NCBI RefSeq assembly: GCF_947568905.1
Contig: NC_079164.1
Coordinates: 39,618,001 to 39,682,000 of the forward strand
Source: Ostrea edulis
Lineage: Eukaryota
Direction of reading: 5' to 3'
DNA: 64,000 nt
Shown here: piece by piece, positions 40,929 to 54,324 of the stretch
Layout: every line of letters starts with the position of its first letter
Numbering within the stretch: the first letter of the stretch is position 1
Program-made: the position numbers and the translations under genes
The notes under the pieces: generated by a model
Told to the model about the DNA's origin: nothing
What the model saw: only the letters and a program-made list of their open reading frames with translations
Database searches by the model: none

Positions 40929-43074
40929 TTGGGTGAAATGAGAATCATTTTATATACCAAATATTAATGGGTGATAAATCGCAATAGATTATGTAACAAC
41001 TGTTGGATGTATATTATAAAATCTATGATAGGACACCAAGAAGGTATTTACCCGGTACCTATGAGGCTCGTTACAATAATAGGGTTCGAAGGTACCTATC
41101 TATATCAATGAAGAAAATGTATAATAGTTACTACAATAATTTATTGATAGTATCAAAAACACAAGTATAGTCACAGTTCAACTGCTCGGCTAAAATGTCT
41201 TAGTAATAAAACACTGATGGAAATCCGGTGTTGATCGGTGCCCGGTGCAACTAGGTGTCCGGTGTAATTAATTGTCCGGTGTTGGGTGCTACAGGTGTAG
41301 TCGTTCTCGAACGCTAAGACTAGTCTAGTATACTACTAGATTATAATGGCATCAGGATTACAACCTGGACTAATTTAATTATACGTAAAATCCAACCCCC
41401 AACGTCTATAGCATATCATGCATATAGAACATTGTTAAACTAAGTACGATATCTAAGTAACTCGGTGCAAGGTGCTTCTGCACCGACTCAAAAACTACTC
41501 CGTGCGCAATATACTAACGTCAACCACCCTAAATCTATAACACCGTCATAGACTATATATTCAATGAACAGGGATATATCATATGCATGCCATGCAAATC
41601 TACCGCTACCAAGTATACATTCATACAGAAGATATAATTAATCAATTCTAAATTCAACGCTCCTGAAATGTGCGGTGACGGTACAACTTTGCACCGAACT
41701 ATAAACTTATCTAAGTTTTCTAATTTATATTAAATCCAACTGGATCCGTTGAAATAACAATGATTTTAATAACTATAAACTATAAAATATAACTAGTAAC
41801 TAACTGGGAGAGACCTTGCGTGTCTCCCAGGGACAGAACCCCGAGTGCACCGACTATCAAATTTCACGACAAGAATTAATATGAATTTCTAAGTACTCAA
41901 TAAATTTACTATACTTTAATTCTCTAAAATTCCCTTTCTTGTACTATCTAGATAATCTAAATCAGCTACGTATTTTAATACTTAAAGTATTTGCTAAAAT
42001 AAAGGAAATACCTCAACTTCGGTGCAGCAGTCGGTTCCAAACTTCGTAATGTAATATATTTTGTAGAATTCTGTCGCCGCGGACTATGATTCGCGGCTTT
42101 TATATCTTGACGCAATGGTGCAGCTGATTACGTCATGTACTGTACCTAAAACTCCTAAAACATGCTTTTCTCAATAAAGTGAGATCTTCTGACTTACTAA
42201 TATAATTCGTATATAACTTGGTAATTTATCTATGATTTTTAATGTAATCTAAGCATTTTATCTATAAAGTTTCATTTCTAAAACTATTGAAGTGTCGACG
42301 TGTCCTTCCTAAATCCGGAAAATATCCGTCTCTATCATACGGATTCTGTAATTATCGTGCGAAAAGCATTTCCTGTCTGTACGTCTAATGACATCAAGGT
42401 AATAAACAAATGAGAATTTCTAACACTTTTAAGTGATATCAGTCGTAAACTCTATCGGAATCATCCTAATAAAAGTATATCTCACGGGCGCAACAATTAT
42501 ATACGGTTGAGTTTGTTATGTCGTAACACACTTTGATATGATTTTTCATAAATTCGTACAATATTTTATTTTTGACAAATCAGAGTCCACCATGTCCTCC
42601 TTTTATAACAGATCACAACAAATTACGATTGAGTTTGAACTGTCATAATACACCTGTATATCAAATTAAAAATTATCCAAGTTCGTTTTATAACAAGCTA
42701 TTGTGAATCGAAAATGCAGACTCTCAGCTCCCTAAAACCCACAATTTCAGAAGATACGAGACTGATGTTTTGATATTCTCACAATAAACAACTTTGTTTA
42801 TATAATATTTTATAAATTGATTGTCTTTTTTTCAGTGAAGTCAAAGAAGTTTTCGAACTTTCCGTCCCTAAATGCAATCCCCTTTTCTTGGTGTTATATA
42901 AAGGCTTGTGTAATTTAGTACAATTTCCCTCCTACATATTATTAAGTAACAAAATATTTACGGTTAAAGAGATGTAAAAGAAACGTGTGGAAACTTCTGA
43001 TATATGAACATGCCTTTGTGAGCCCGTCGGCGCTTTGCAATGGGGGTTTACAGAAATGCAAATATGGCACAAGA

Positions 43075-45870
43075 GTACTTACTTACTTATCCTCTTCGTG
43101 TTAGGTAAGACATAAGGCTTCCAACAGGTTCCGCCAACCAGCTCTGTCCTTTGCCTTTCTTTCTAATTCACCTCAAATGTATCCCAACTCTTTCATCTCC
43201 CTTTCAAGCGTTCTCCTCAATGTACCCTTCGGTCTTCCTGGTTTCCTCTTGCCAGCGGGTGTCCACCCCAGTGCTCTTTTTACATGCCTGGTGTTATCCA
43301 TTCTTAGTATATGTCCTGTAAATCTCCACCTTCTCTTCTTAATTTCCTCATTGATGTTGTTGATTCCTGTTCTTTCTGTGAGTTCGATACTCTGTCTGTC
43401 CATTTGATGTTCATGATCTTCCTTAGTAGCCTGCCTTCTACTCCTCTCAGTTTCCTTTCAATTTCCCTGTTTGTTCTCCATGTTTCTGCGCCGTATAGCA
43501 AAACTTTTATATAACCTTATCTTTGCCTTGTAGGGTATTTTTGTCGACTTCCAGATGTTGGACAGTTTATTAAAGGCTGATGTTGCTTTTCCTATTCTAA
43601 TATTAACTTCTTTCATCACTTCTCCATCACTACTAAGAGTGCTGCCAAGATAACAAAAATCTGATACCTCTTCAATTGGCTGTCTATTCATGATGGTACT
43701 TGTGTTACGACAGTTGATCTTCATGATTTTGGTCTTTTTGTCATTTATTTTTAGTCCTATTTTCTTTGCTTCTTTCATCAGATTTCATTTGCATGTAATG
43801 GTATGTGTGTGAAAACAGACTAATGTCGTCAGCAAAGTCCATGTCCTCCAATGTGTTCGTTAATCCCCATTCAATGCCTCTTGGTTCTTTTTGTTTTTGT
43901 TTTTTGTTTTGTTCTTTTCATGACCCAATCTATTGCAAGAATGAAAAGTAGAGTTGAGATTATGCATCCTTGCCTGACTCCAGATGTTATCAAAAACCAA
44001 TCGGTGAATTCACCATCATGCCGGACTGCACACCTGAATCCATTGTACATTTCTTTAATGTTATTCACAATTTTTTGGTTGATTCCATAATGCTGAAGAA
44101 TTTTCAAAAGAGGGTCTCTGTGAATACTATCGAAGGCCTTCTCAAAATCTATGAAATTAATGTATAGTGATGAATTCCATTCGTTAGTCTCTTCAATTAT
44201 GGTTCTTAAAATAAAGATATCGTCAATACATGATCAGTTTCTTCTGTAGCCCTTAAAATTTTGTCTACTGCTTCTTTCGTTCTGTCTAGTATAATCCGAC
44301 TCAAGATCTTCCCAGGCACTGACAACAGGCATATACCACGCCAGTTGTTACAATCAGTAAGTTGTCCTTTCTTTGGCAGTTTGACAATTACTCCTTGTTT
44401 CCATTCAGTTGGTAATATTTCATCTCTCATTATTTTATTCAAAAGGTCTCTTAGGATGTTTACACTGAGTCCTATATCTGCTTTTAAGGTTTCAGCTTGT
44501 ATTTGGTCAGTTCCTGCAGCTTTGTTGTTTTTCGGCTTTTTTTATTGCATTTCTAATCTCTTCTTCTGATATTTCACCAGTGTTGATGTCTAGTGCTGGT
44601 TCATAACCCTCATTGAATGAGTGCAGCTCTTGTGGTGACTCTCTGTTCAATACCTCACTGAAGTGTTCTTTCCATCGTTCTAGTTGGTCTTCTTGCCTTG
44701 TTAACCGGATTCCATCTTTCGATTTAACATGATTGTTACTGCTTAGGTGTTGACCACTTCGGCTCTTAGTAATTTGGTATAAGGCCCTCATGTTCCCACT
44801 ATTTGCTGCTTCTTCTGCTCTCTCTGCTTGTTCTTCAATGTAGTTCTTTTTGTCCTTCTTAGCATTCTTTTTTACTTCTTAGTTAAATTTACTGTATTCA
44901 TCCTTTTTTATATTATCATATGGGTTGGCTAACATTTGTTGTTTGGCTTCCTTTCTTTTCTCAATGACCCCCCCCCCCCAGGTTTGATAAGATATCCACT
45001 CTTTTCTCTGTTTGTTTCTAAAACCTAGTACCTCTTGGCATGACTCTTTGTAGATACTACATATGTCCTTCCAGCTCTCATCAACTGAACAATCCTCTAG
45101 TCCTCTCAAAGCTTGGTATTCATTCTTGAGTACAATAGTAAATTTTTGCTGTTTCTCTACATTCTTCAGCTGTTTAATGTTAAATGCAGTACTTTTCTTC
45201 TGCTTTCTGTTTTTTCTCATCTTTAGTCTTATTTTTCCAGTGACAAGATGGTGATCGCTACCAACATCAGCACCTCTCTTCACAGTTACATCTCTCAATG
45301 AAGTTTCCCACTCCTTGTTGATTAAGATGTGATCTATCTGGTTTTTGTTTCGTCCGTTTGGGGATACCCATGTTTCTTTGTGTATGTTTTTATGGTGGAA
45401 TAATGTGCCTCCAATAACCAGATTGTTAACAAGACATGTTTCTATACATGTAAGTCTCTCGCCATTAGCATTGATGGTTCCCATTCCATGTTTTCCCATG
45501 ATCTCTTCCGAGCCGGTGTTGTCTGTTCCAACCTTTGCGTTTAGATCTCCCATTACTATGATCGCGTCATGTTTTGGTGTTTCTGCTTATGCTGAATTCA
45601 ACTGGTAGAATTCATCTTTTTCACTGTCTTTGGCATCGTAGGGGCGTAAAACTGAAGGAATGTAATATGACCATAAGAGGTTTTAAACCTTGCTGACATT
45701 AGTCGTTCATTGTATGGTTTCCATTCTATCAAACATTTTGCTGATGTTTTGCTGACTATGATTGCAACTCCTTCATAATGTTTCCCATCATTCCTTTCTG
45801 AATAATAAACATTTGCTCCGGAGTTATGTACATCTGCACCTGAGTTTGTCCAACGACATTCACTTAGTGT
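43075..45870 (-). mobile_element. RTE-clade LINE, 5'-truncated and frameshifted (APE endonuclease plus RT)
   Basis: APE motifs (MGDLNAKVG, NQIDHILI, GADVGSDH) and RT motifs (CNNWRGICLLSVPGK, SGVRQGC, DMDFADD region). C-terminal RRWRFTGHILR...RKPGRP and a (TAAG)n tail at 43075-43090. Confidence 0.9.
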
Positions 45871-47729
45871 CTACAATAAACGTTTCAGTCCCCTATCTTC
45901 ATTACTTTTAGAGAAGATGCATGTACAAAATGGTACTTAAAATCAGAATAAACCTACTTCTCAAAGCGGAAATGACGTAATTCAAAGTCGAAGAAAATGC
46001 AGTCTCTATTAGATTGAATATTGTCTAAACGATTTTTGCGCTATAATTGTCACAAATCTTTAAAATAAACATAATAATAATGAAAGATATAAAAAAGAAA
46101 TTAAAGAAGAAAATAAAGGAAAAAAGAATCATAAGAATAACAGAAAGGTCTTCCTTTAAAGACGGAAGGCATTAATAATATCAATGATAAAATAACAACC
46201 ATTATTTTAATGCGAATCATAATTATAAGAAACAGAGTAAACAAAGTATGCCAACCTTAGATCAATGAACAGACGGGTATGACGTTAACGGTTTATAGTG
46301 GAGGAGGATGCATGTATATACACCATCAACATCTTGTGTTATCCATTGCAAAGAGCTAGGTACGTTTGTTATCATAACTAGGCCCTGTAAAATACTTCAA
46401 AAATGAAGAACAGTTATCAATACAAATCATTGATATATATGAAGTTGATGATCCCTAGTATTTATATATACAAACATGGATGTAGATCTTTTGTAATGTT
46501 GAGCACTATTCAAACATAACCGGAATCCGGAAAATGGACGATTTTCTTCACCTTTTCTACCTTTTAGGGGAAAATTCCTTGTCGCCACATGCATCGGTCA
46601 CAAAAAGCAGTAAACTAGAGATAGATTATCTTCAAAGGAAGTAATTGTGCATGTTTCGTTCTGGCCGTTGGCTGTGACCAATTTCTTCTTCTTATTATTT
46701 TTATATCTAATCAGGCGTTCTGATTTTGACGTTTGTGCACTGCCGGATCGCCATGTAGCGCATAGCAACGAATTGTACATACAGTGATATAAGAAAATTA
46801 AACATGTACTTGTTATTGTTTTAGTGACCACAATGATATAATGTATTAATAATTACAATCTAAAAAAATATTAGTTTATGAACAAATCCAGTTCGGATCA
46901 TTGAAATGCAAACAGCAACTGGACCGAATAAAATGCAGTACTAGGCCGGCTATGATGCACAGTTGTACACCAAATCTTGTCTTAATTTATATAAATGTGT
47001 ACAAGTGAAATGTTCCTATCGCTTATAAAATCATAAATATGCAATAATAATGCCAATATAAAGGTAAATTGGTTAATCCAACAGTTTAATACACATCATC
47101 TAAAAATAGTATTGAACCTTGTTTGCATTGACAACGTACAGTACGGACCAAAAATCTTTGTATAAATAGATTTCAAATGAGCTGTTCCAAGCTAAATAGT
47201 TTTAAAACATCATAGTGAAAAATGTGACGTCATTTTTGCATACTTTTAAAGAAAGACGTCATGATTACCAATCACAAGTAACTGTCATATTTGATAGAAT
47301 GTTGAAGGCTTCTATTGGGTTCATGAATTACTGTTTCAGCAACGTTTAGGCCTTAGAACTATGTAAAGAAAAATATTAGCATCTGTATAATTATGCATGA
47401 TTTCTAGAAATTACCGTCAGAATCAAGAGTTATAAAAATACTTGAAATATAATAAATATATACTTGATGAGTACATAGATCTATACAGGCACGTAACATC
47501 GTAATTTTTTATTCAAACAATTATAAAATTCTAAAAAAAAAACAAAAAAAAAAACAAAAGGGGGTGGGTGGGTAAAATATACTATTTTAAATTCATTGAC
47601 CATACTTCCATTGGGCCAATATGGTTGGTAGAATGTGCTAATATCATAAATAATCGGTGAACTGAGAATCAATAATCCAAATATTTAATTTTCAAAATAT
47701 GACAGAAAGAAACTTTATCGAAATCGAAA

Positions 47730-47990
47730 TTGGGTCAAATGCTGTCTGACGTGTTTCATACCGATTGTTAAGCCGTTCTTGGCACACTGATTTTGACTGC
47801 GGATAACTCCGTTTACCTGATCAGGATATAGGGCGCACGGCGAGTGTGACCGGTCAACAGGGGATGCTTACTCCTAGGCATCTGATCCCACCTCTGGTGT
47901 GTCCAGGGGTCCGTGTTTGCCCAACTATCTATTTTGTATTGCTTGTAGGAGTTATGAGATTCATCACTGTTCGTTATCTTCACCTTGGAT
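47730..47990 (+). mobile_element. Penelope-like 3' segment
   Basis: Same motif as 33930-34240. Further short copies at ~2880-3110 (+), 25320-25450 (+), 28945-29150 (-), 49500-49630 (-) and 52995-53155 (+). Confidence 0.75.
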
Positions 47991-48891
47991 AATTTCATTT
48001 TAGGATGCCAGGTTTTGGTCTTAGATATTTGGGACAAGATAAAAAAAGCTCAAAGTCTGATAAAAATCTTAATTCAAATATTTTGGGGGAAGGGGGAGGG
48101 GTGGTAAAAAACTCCCGCAAGTTTCAGTCATCGAATATCAATTTTATTATAATGCATGAATAATATTGCAGCACAAGGAACAAGACTGAAGTGACTCATA
48201 TGCTTAGAAATTAACATTTATTACATTTTAATGAACATTTAAAATGACATTTAAAAACTGCTTTTGTTAATAAACATTAGAAAATGTATATATTGTTATT
48301 CAGCTCTATTGTTTTATTGCATGATAATCGATTTGGGTGAACATTCATCATATTAAGTTTTAAGGGGGAGGGGGTATTGATGAAAACTATGTGAATTAAA
48401 TGTTTTGGTTTTTTTTTTATCAAACATTAAACGTTTGATCTTGCCCTTAATGTTTTTTTCTTCAATTCTTGATGTGCCGATACCCATTTTTGTTGAGTAC
48501 CCAAATTTTTCATCATTACCGATATTTATAAAACGTCCAACATTTCATTACATTAGCAGGTGCATTCTTAACCGTTACTGTAATCAGGATTACATTAGCT
48601 GGCGGGAATTACATTAGTCGGTGCTACACAGCCTTCTAAACTTTCAGTCTGAAGGAATTTGATTATATGCACCCTCGTCATTTATATAATATAATTTTCA
48701 GTGGTCAGACAAGGTCAACCAATATTCAATAGAAAGAAAACCATACTGAGGAGGATAATCGTGATATAAATCTCTTGAAGCATTCAAACGTTTTGTTGTT
48801 CTATGAATATTTGAAAATTCTGTGTAACTGTGACATACTATATGTATGACCGCTCGACCATCCAGGCAAGTCTAAAAAAAAAAAAAGAAGC

Positions 48892-49390
48892 GTGACGGGA
48901 ATTCCATCGTTATCGAAAGCAAGTTTTTTAGACTTGCCTAGATGGTCGAGCGGTCTAGCGCGCTGGTTACATGCTGCTAGGAGATTTGGTTCCGTAGGTC
49001 GTGAGTTCAACCCCGGGTAGGGGCGGAAGTGGGTATCAAAGTAAAGTGAAATTTTCTGTGCTTTCTATTAAATATTTGTTCACTTAGGGCAGTTGCTATT
49101 TCTGTGCTTTATATAAAATATTTCGAATGCAATGTGTATCATGTATGATCCTCTTAAATGTACGTTAAACAACTGTATCCCATTTCCAATCTCAATGACC
49201 GTGTAGCGTGTGACAGCGTGACGAGAATCCATCGTCATCGAAAGCAAGTTTTTTTTAGACTTGCCTAGATGGTCGAGCGGTCTAGCGCGCTGGTTACATG
49301 CTGCTAGGAGATTTGGTTCCGTAGGTCGTGAGTTTAACCCCGGGTAGGGGCGGAAGTGGGTATTCAAATAAAGTGAAATTTTCTGTGCTT
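48892..49390 (+). repeat. Two tandem copies of a tRNA(Leu/Ser)-derived sequence
   Basis: A box TGGTCGAGCGG and B box GAGTT(C/T)AACCCC at 48936-49024 and 49263-49351; acceptor and anticodon stems pair poorly. Confidence 0.7.
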
Positions 49391-50684
49391 TATATATATA
49401 TATATATTTGAATATGTAAAAGATCATTCTTATTACAATTTATTTAACATGAAATTAGCATAAACAAAGTCATCATCGTAGGTGAAAATAATCATTAATG
49501 AAAGAACAGTGATCAATCTCATGACTCCTATAAAGAATACAAATGAAAGCGTTGGGCAAACACGACCTCTGGACACACCAGAGGTGGGATCAGGTGCCTA
49601 GGAGGAGTAAGTATCCCCTGTCGATCTCCCACACCCGCCGTGAGCCCCCTACAATTAATCATATATAAAGCTCATTCTTATTACAATATTCATTTAGCAT
49701 GAATTTAGCAGTAACAAGGTCATCATCGACAGTGAAAATAATCATTAATATATATCTGATACCATTATCTAAATTTTAAACTCTCTGCCTTTCAATGATG
49801 CAGTTTTATTCAATTAGCTGACAACAGAGTTGCCTCATGTTTACCGGTAAAGGAAGCCTATGCATTAGCGGGGGTGGAGGTTAACTATTTATCATTTTAC
49901 TTTTAAATGAACCATGATCTTTATGTGTGCTTTCATTCGTGTAGTATCTAAAGAGAGAATATTTTCGTTTCTGATTCCGGAATATATTACGTTCTTGAGC
50001 ATATGTAATGACAGACGATGTAAACAAAGACTTGTCAGATATAACCAGACACAGGGTAAAGTGAAAATCCACGATACATGTACCCCCTCCCCTGTATCCC
50101 GTTAATTTTCAATATTACAAAAGGTAAATTTGATATTCAAACTAAACCACCAATAAAACATAATATATAACGTTATGAATTTCATATGATAACATATATA
50201 CAATGTTAGTGCACATAAATTTAAAATGCTGGATATATGATATTCAAGAGAAGCCGTAGGCCGAGCAAACACGGGTTACATAAAGGCATTTTGAGCAAAG
50301 ATATTCGAGAATTTTTATCATACCTGTCATAAGTACACTATCCATATATTTGTTACGGAAAAAATTACTTTAATCATTGTATCCATCGAGAAAGTTGCAA
50401 ATAAAACACTTTATTTGGCTACAAATATTTTCATCGTTGATTTCGAGATCGTCAGCTAAGAGGAAATCACGGGATTTTTAATTATATGTATCATGGACGA
50501 TAAGAGTTATTCGCATTTTACCAGAAAGAAAAAAAATGTGTAGTTTGCAAACAGTACTCGCTGTTATTATCTTTTTCTCAATTAGTACCTTCGAGTGGCC
50601 AGAAGTCGTATCCGTTTAAAGAAACAGTAAAATAAAACATTATCTATTTTCAAATGGTATTTTAACTTGCATGAACAATGAAAA

Positions 50685-51240
50685 GGTGAATATAACGAAT
50701 AGTGATCAATCTCATAACTCCTATAAGCAATACAAATAGATAGTTGGACAAACATGGACCCCTGGACACACCAAAGGTGGGATCAGATGCCTAGGAGGAG
50801 AAAGCATCCCCTGTCGACCGGTCACACCCGCCGTGAGCCATATTTCCTGATCAGGTAAACGGAAGTATCCGTAGTCAAAATCAGTGTGCCAAGAACGGCC
50901 TAACAATCGGTATGAAACACGTCAGACAGCATATGGCCCAATGATAGGTTGTATTGACGAACTAGATCGTTATAACGACCATAGAATTTGCGAAATGTTG
51001 GCTTCAATCGAGACTGTTGAAATACCTGTACCATCAACTTGATTGTCAGTAGCTTTCCTCGATTTAAAAACTGACCATACGCAGAACACGCTCTTGCATA
51101 TCGAATCAGTTGAGAGATATAAACACCATATGCAGGTGATAGTGGAATATTGGTATATAAATATGGGAAGTTGAATATGGAGAAGCTGAAATCATTCCGT
51201 TTGTCATACAGTTGAGTTGTCAGTTTGCCGTTAATGTTAA
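50685..51240 (-). mobile_element. Penelope-like 3' fragment upstream of the NTPase pseudo-exon
   Basis: Colinear with 37420-37990 and 14400-14700. Confidence 0.8.
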
Positions 51241-51737
51241 AATCTTACTTTCTCTTTATTCAAAATATTTCAGAGCGATTTTGAGACACAAAACAAGTGA
51301 AGCTCAACGTCTGCCATATTTGTTTAGGAACAGTAGTGGTGCACCCGGATGTAGCAGTAAAATGAGGTCAAGGAGAACACATTTTATTGTTTGGTGACTT
51401 TTTATCACATTTGTTTTATGCATTATCACAATTTGTACATAGTCGATTATTTTGTCGCTAATTGTGCGCCATAACCTGTTTGAGAGAGTAACTATGTGCG
51501 CGTTTGAATTTATATTGTATTAATTGTCTTAAAAAATTAGGAGGATTGTCATTGTGTATCTGAAAAAAGTTTTAGAATTGCATTTTATCGTAATGCTAGA
51601 GGAATTAATATATTGGGCCTAGTTATCTAGCAAAGTAAACATTATCCCAAACACTTTCGTTTCTATTGAATTCCATTCTTCCAAATGTTACGTTAGATAA
51701 CAGAATCCATGTTGAAATGCATTATCTTTCGTCACAG

Positions 51738-52850
51738 AACGCCGCATACACGTGAATATTCATAAAAAGGATGGCAAAATCACTTTCATCTCTCATGTCG
51801 TGGTAAGTATTGGATTGCGAAGTAGTGGAAAGACTTCTCGCTGAACAAACTGTTATGTCTGCTTGTATTGTTTTTCTCAAGGAGGCAACCTTTTGGTACT
51901 TGAGGGACTTAAAAGAGTTAGACGGTGTAGATAGAGATAAGAACACTTTCCTTTTGCTGGATAACTGTATCAAAAGCTTGTTCAATAAAACCATTATTGA
52001 TGATTTGGTTCAAAAACTCAAAAAAGCAGTAAACACTGGAAAGGGAAATGCATATGTATTGATTTGTGTTCCAGACACTGTGTTAAAAATGTCTCAGAGT
52101 TCCTAATTAAGAGTTCATTGACATCTAAAATTTATGATATAAGCTCTAGCGAAGAATGGTGCCCCAAAGAAGACTGGGAAGCAATATTCGACAGCCATAT
52201 GCAAAGTAGAGAGGAATGGATCGAGAATCAAAACTGCCAGCAAAAACCATCGATAAATACAGAGATGATTACATTAAATGCAAAGCTGGAAATAGAGGAA
52301 AAGCGACAATATCATCTGTCCTCTTTGAAAACGGGTGTTATTTAAAGAGTGCTGTCACATTTCTCAAGAACTCATATGACTTAATGTCGAAGAGAATCAC
52401 GGATTTATTTGATTCGGGATGCAGTTCTGATGTTCGCCATTTTGTTGTTCTCGTACTTCTCATGTTACACAATGGAAAAGCAAACATTGAAGATAAAAAC
52501 AAAGATATGGTCCCTGAAATATGTCAAGTTTTCAAAGTGGAGAATTTCCCATTATTTCTAGACTTACAACATGAAAAACTGGAACAATGTCTCAATACGC
52601 TGCAGAAAAACAGTTCGTGTCACGTTTGATGTTGTTTGCAAGAAAAAAAGATCTGATCATCAAATACTGCGATTACGAATTGTTTTGGAACGCGTCTCTT
52701 TACATAGAGTGACAGAACGTGATCTCCTCGCAATAAACGAACGGTTTCAGTCGATGATATCATCTTGTACACTGTACGTAGGAAAACACAGTATCTTGGA
52801 AGAATTTCGATCGACATGTTCTACTTTTGATAAAGAAACGAGTTTTGACA
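51738..52850 (+). pseudogene. Decayed paralogous copy of the STAND-NTPase terminal exon
   Basis: Same acceptor context (gtcacag|AACGCCGCATACACGTGAAT). Homologous peptides are split over three ORFs (51810-52106, 52216-52629, 52571-52879). Walker A has degraded to GLRSSGKTSR* with several frameshifts. Confidence 0.85.
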
Positions 52851-53384
52851 CATATTTTGATAGCTTGTATTTTATATAGTTGTTCAGTCTGTGATCAAGA
52901 TTTGAGAGCGTTACGTATCGAATTTTCAAAATTTGTTTGTGATTATGGTATATAAACATCTTTTAGAGTGTATTTTCAAGTTCCTATAATTTACATGCAC
53001 GGCGGGTGTGACCGGTCAACAGGGGATGCTTACTCCTCCTAGGCACCTGATCCCACCTCTGGTGTGTCCAGGGGTCCGTGTTTGCCCAACTATCTAATTT
53101 GTATTGCTTGTAGGAGTTATGAGATTGATCACTGTTCGTTATCTCCACCTTGCATGAAAGTAAACGATGTATGCGCTGAACCACGAGTGTTTTCACTGTA
53201 TTTGCATGTTAGGTGGTTGAATCAACTACCAATGAGGTTGTATTATTAACTTGTCAGTTATGAAAAATTGTATCCCTAATTATGAATACGTTTTAGAACA
53301 GATGATATGCAATTAATAATATAGACATTGGAAGGACGTACGGAAAAAAATAAAATATCTTGCGAACTTAAAGAAAACAAACAA

Positions 53385-54090
53385 GAGGCTTATGGGCCAC
53401 ATGGTTTGCAATCTTTATTCCCCAGAATTATTTGACCCCATATTGTTACCCCAACCTATCCCCATAGGGTAATGATATAACCATAATACAATGTCACAAG
53501 ATGAAAACACCATGGTATGAAATGTAAAGTCTTTACTATTAACAATCTATGTACAAAATATGAAAGTCGTACCTTAAACAGTTCAGAGGATATCACCTAC
53601 ATTAACTTTACTTAAAACTAGGTCAAAATCCAAGATTACAAGGTCACCAAATGTTTGGTACCAAACTAGTCTTTCACGAGGAATTCATACATGACACATG
53701 TATCACTCTGCATTCAAAAATTGTGAGTAAGGTTAAAGTTAACGTCAAACTTCAAGGCCAATGTCACATTGTCAAACACCATGACATAAAATCAAATTCC
53801 TTGCCATAAGGGATGTATGTACTAAATACGAAAGTCCTACCATAACCAGTTCAGGAGATCTTGCCTAGGTTAGGTTTTCTTATAAAGAAGGCCAAACTCA
53901 AGGGTCAATGTTACAAGGTCAAAACTTTTGGTATGAAAAGAAAGGTCTTGTCACAAGAAATACAAATATGAAATATGAGAGCCCTATCACTTACCATTCA
54001 AATGTTATGAACAAAGATCATGTTTCATTCAGACAGGCAAAAACAATATGCCCGTCCCCAGACTTCGGTAACAGGGGCATAAAATGAATC
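53385..54090 (-). mobile_element. HINE-like element with a different internal repeat
   Basis: aaacaagaggcttatgggccacat is the reverse complement of the HINE 3' end; internal repeats of the ggtcaa/gaaaggtcttgtcacaag type. Confidence 0.55.
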
Positions 54091-54324
54091 AGTAGGAAAA
54101 TTTCTATAATGGTATGATTTAGTGTGGTCCTTCTACTCTTGAAAAGAATTTACTTAAATTTCCTGTGTAATATTATCATACTTTGACCTCTTATCATGAC
54201 ACCACTCTTCCCCTTGGGCCCCTGAATTGAACAAACTAATTCACTTTACAATCTGAAGATGTTAGCATATCAATATGACTGACCATAGCCCTGCCCTGCT
54301 TTTCTAGAGAAGATTTCTAAAGAT

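Noticed and set aside
40950-42850. Probable non-autonomous DNA element(s) with GC-richer ccggtg repeats
   Set aside because: I could not define termini, TSD or coding remnants, so it is not listed as a feature.
43177-45608. Plus-strand hydrophobic ORFs over the RTE element (similarly 59099-60941 over Gypsy pol)
   Set aside because: Antisense shadows of RT-coding sequence.
48936-49024. Functional tRNA-Leu/Ser gene
   Set aside because: A and B boxes are present but the acceptor and anticodon stems do not pair properly, and the second copy has a mutated B box.
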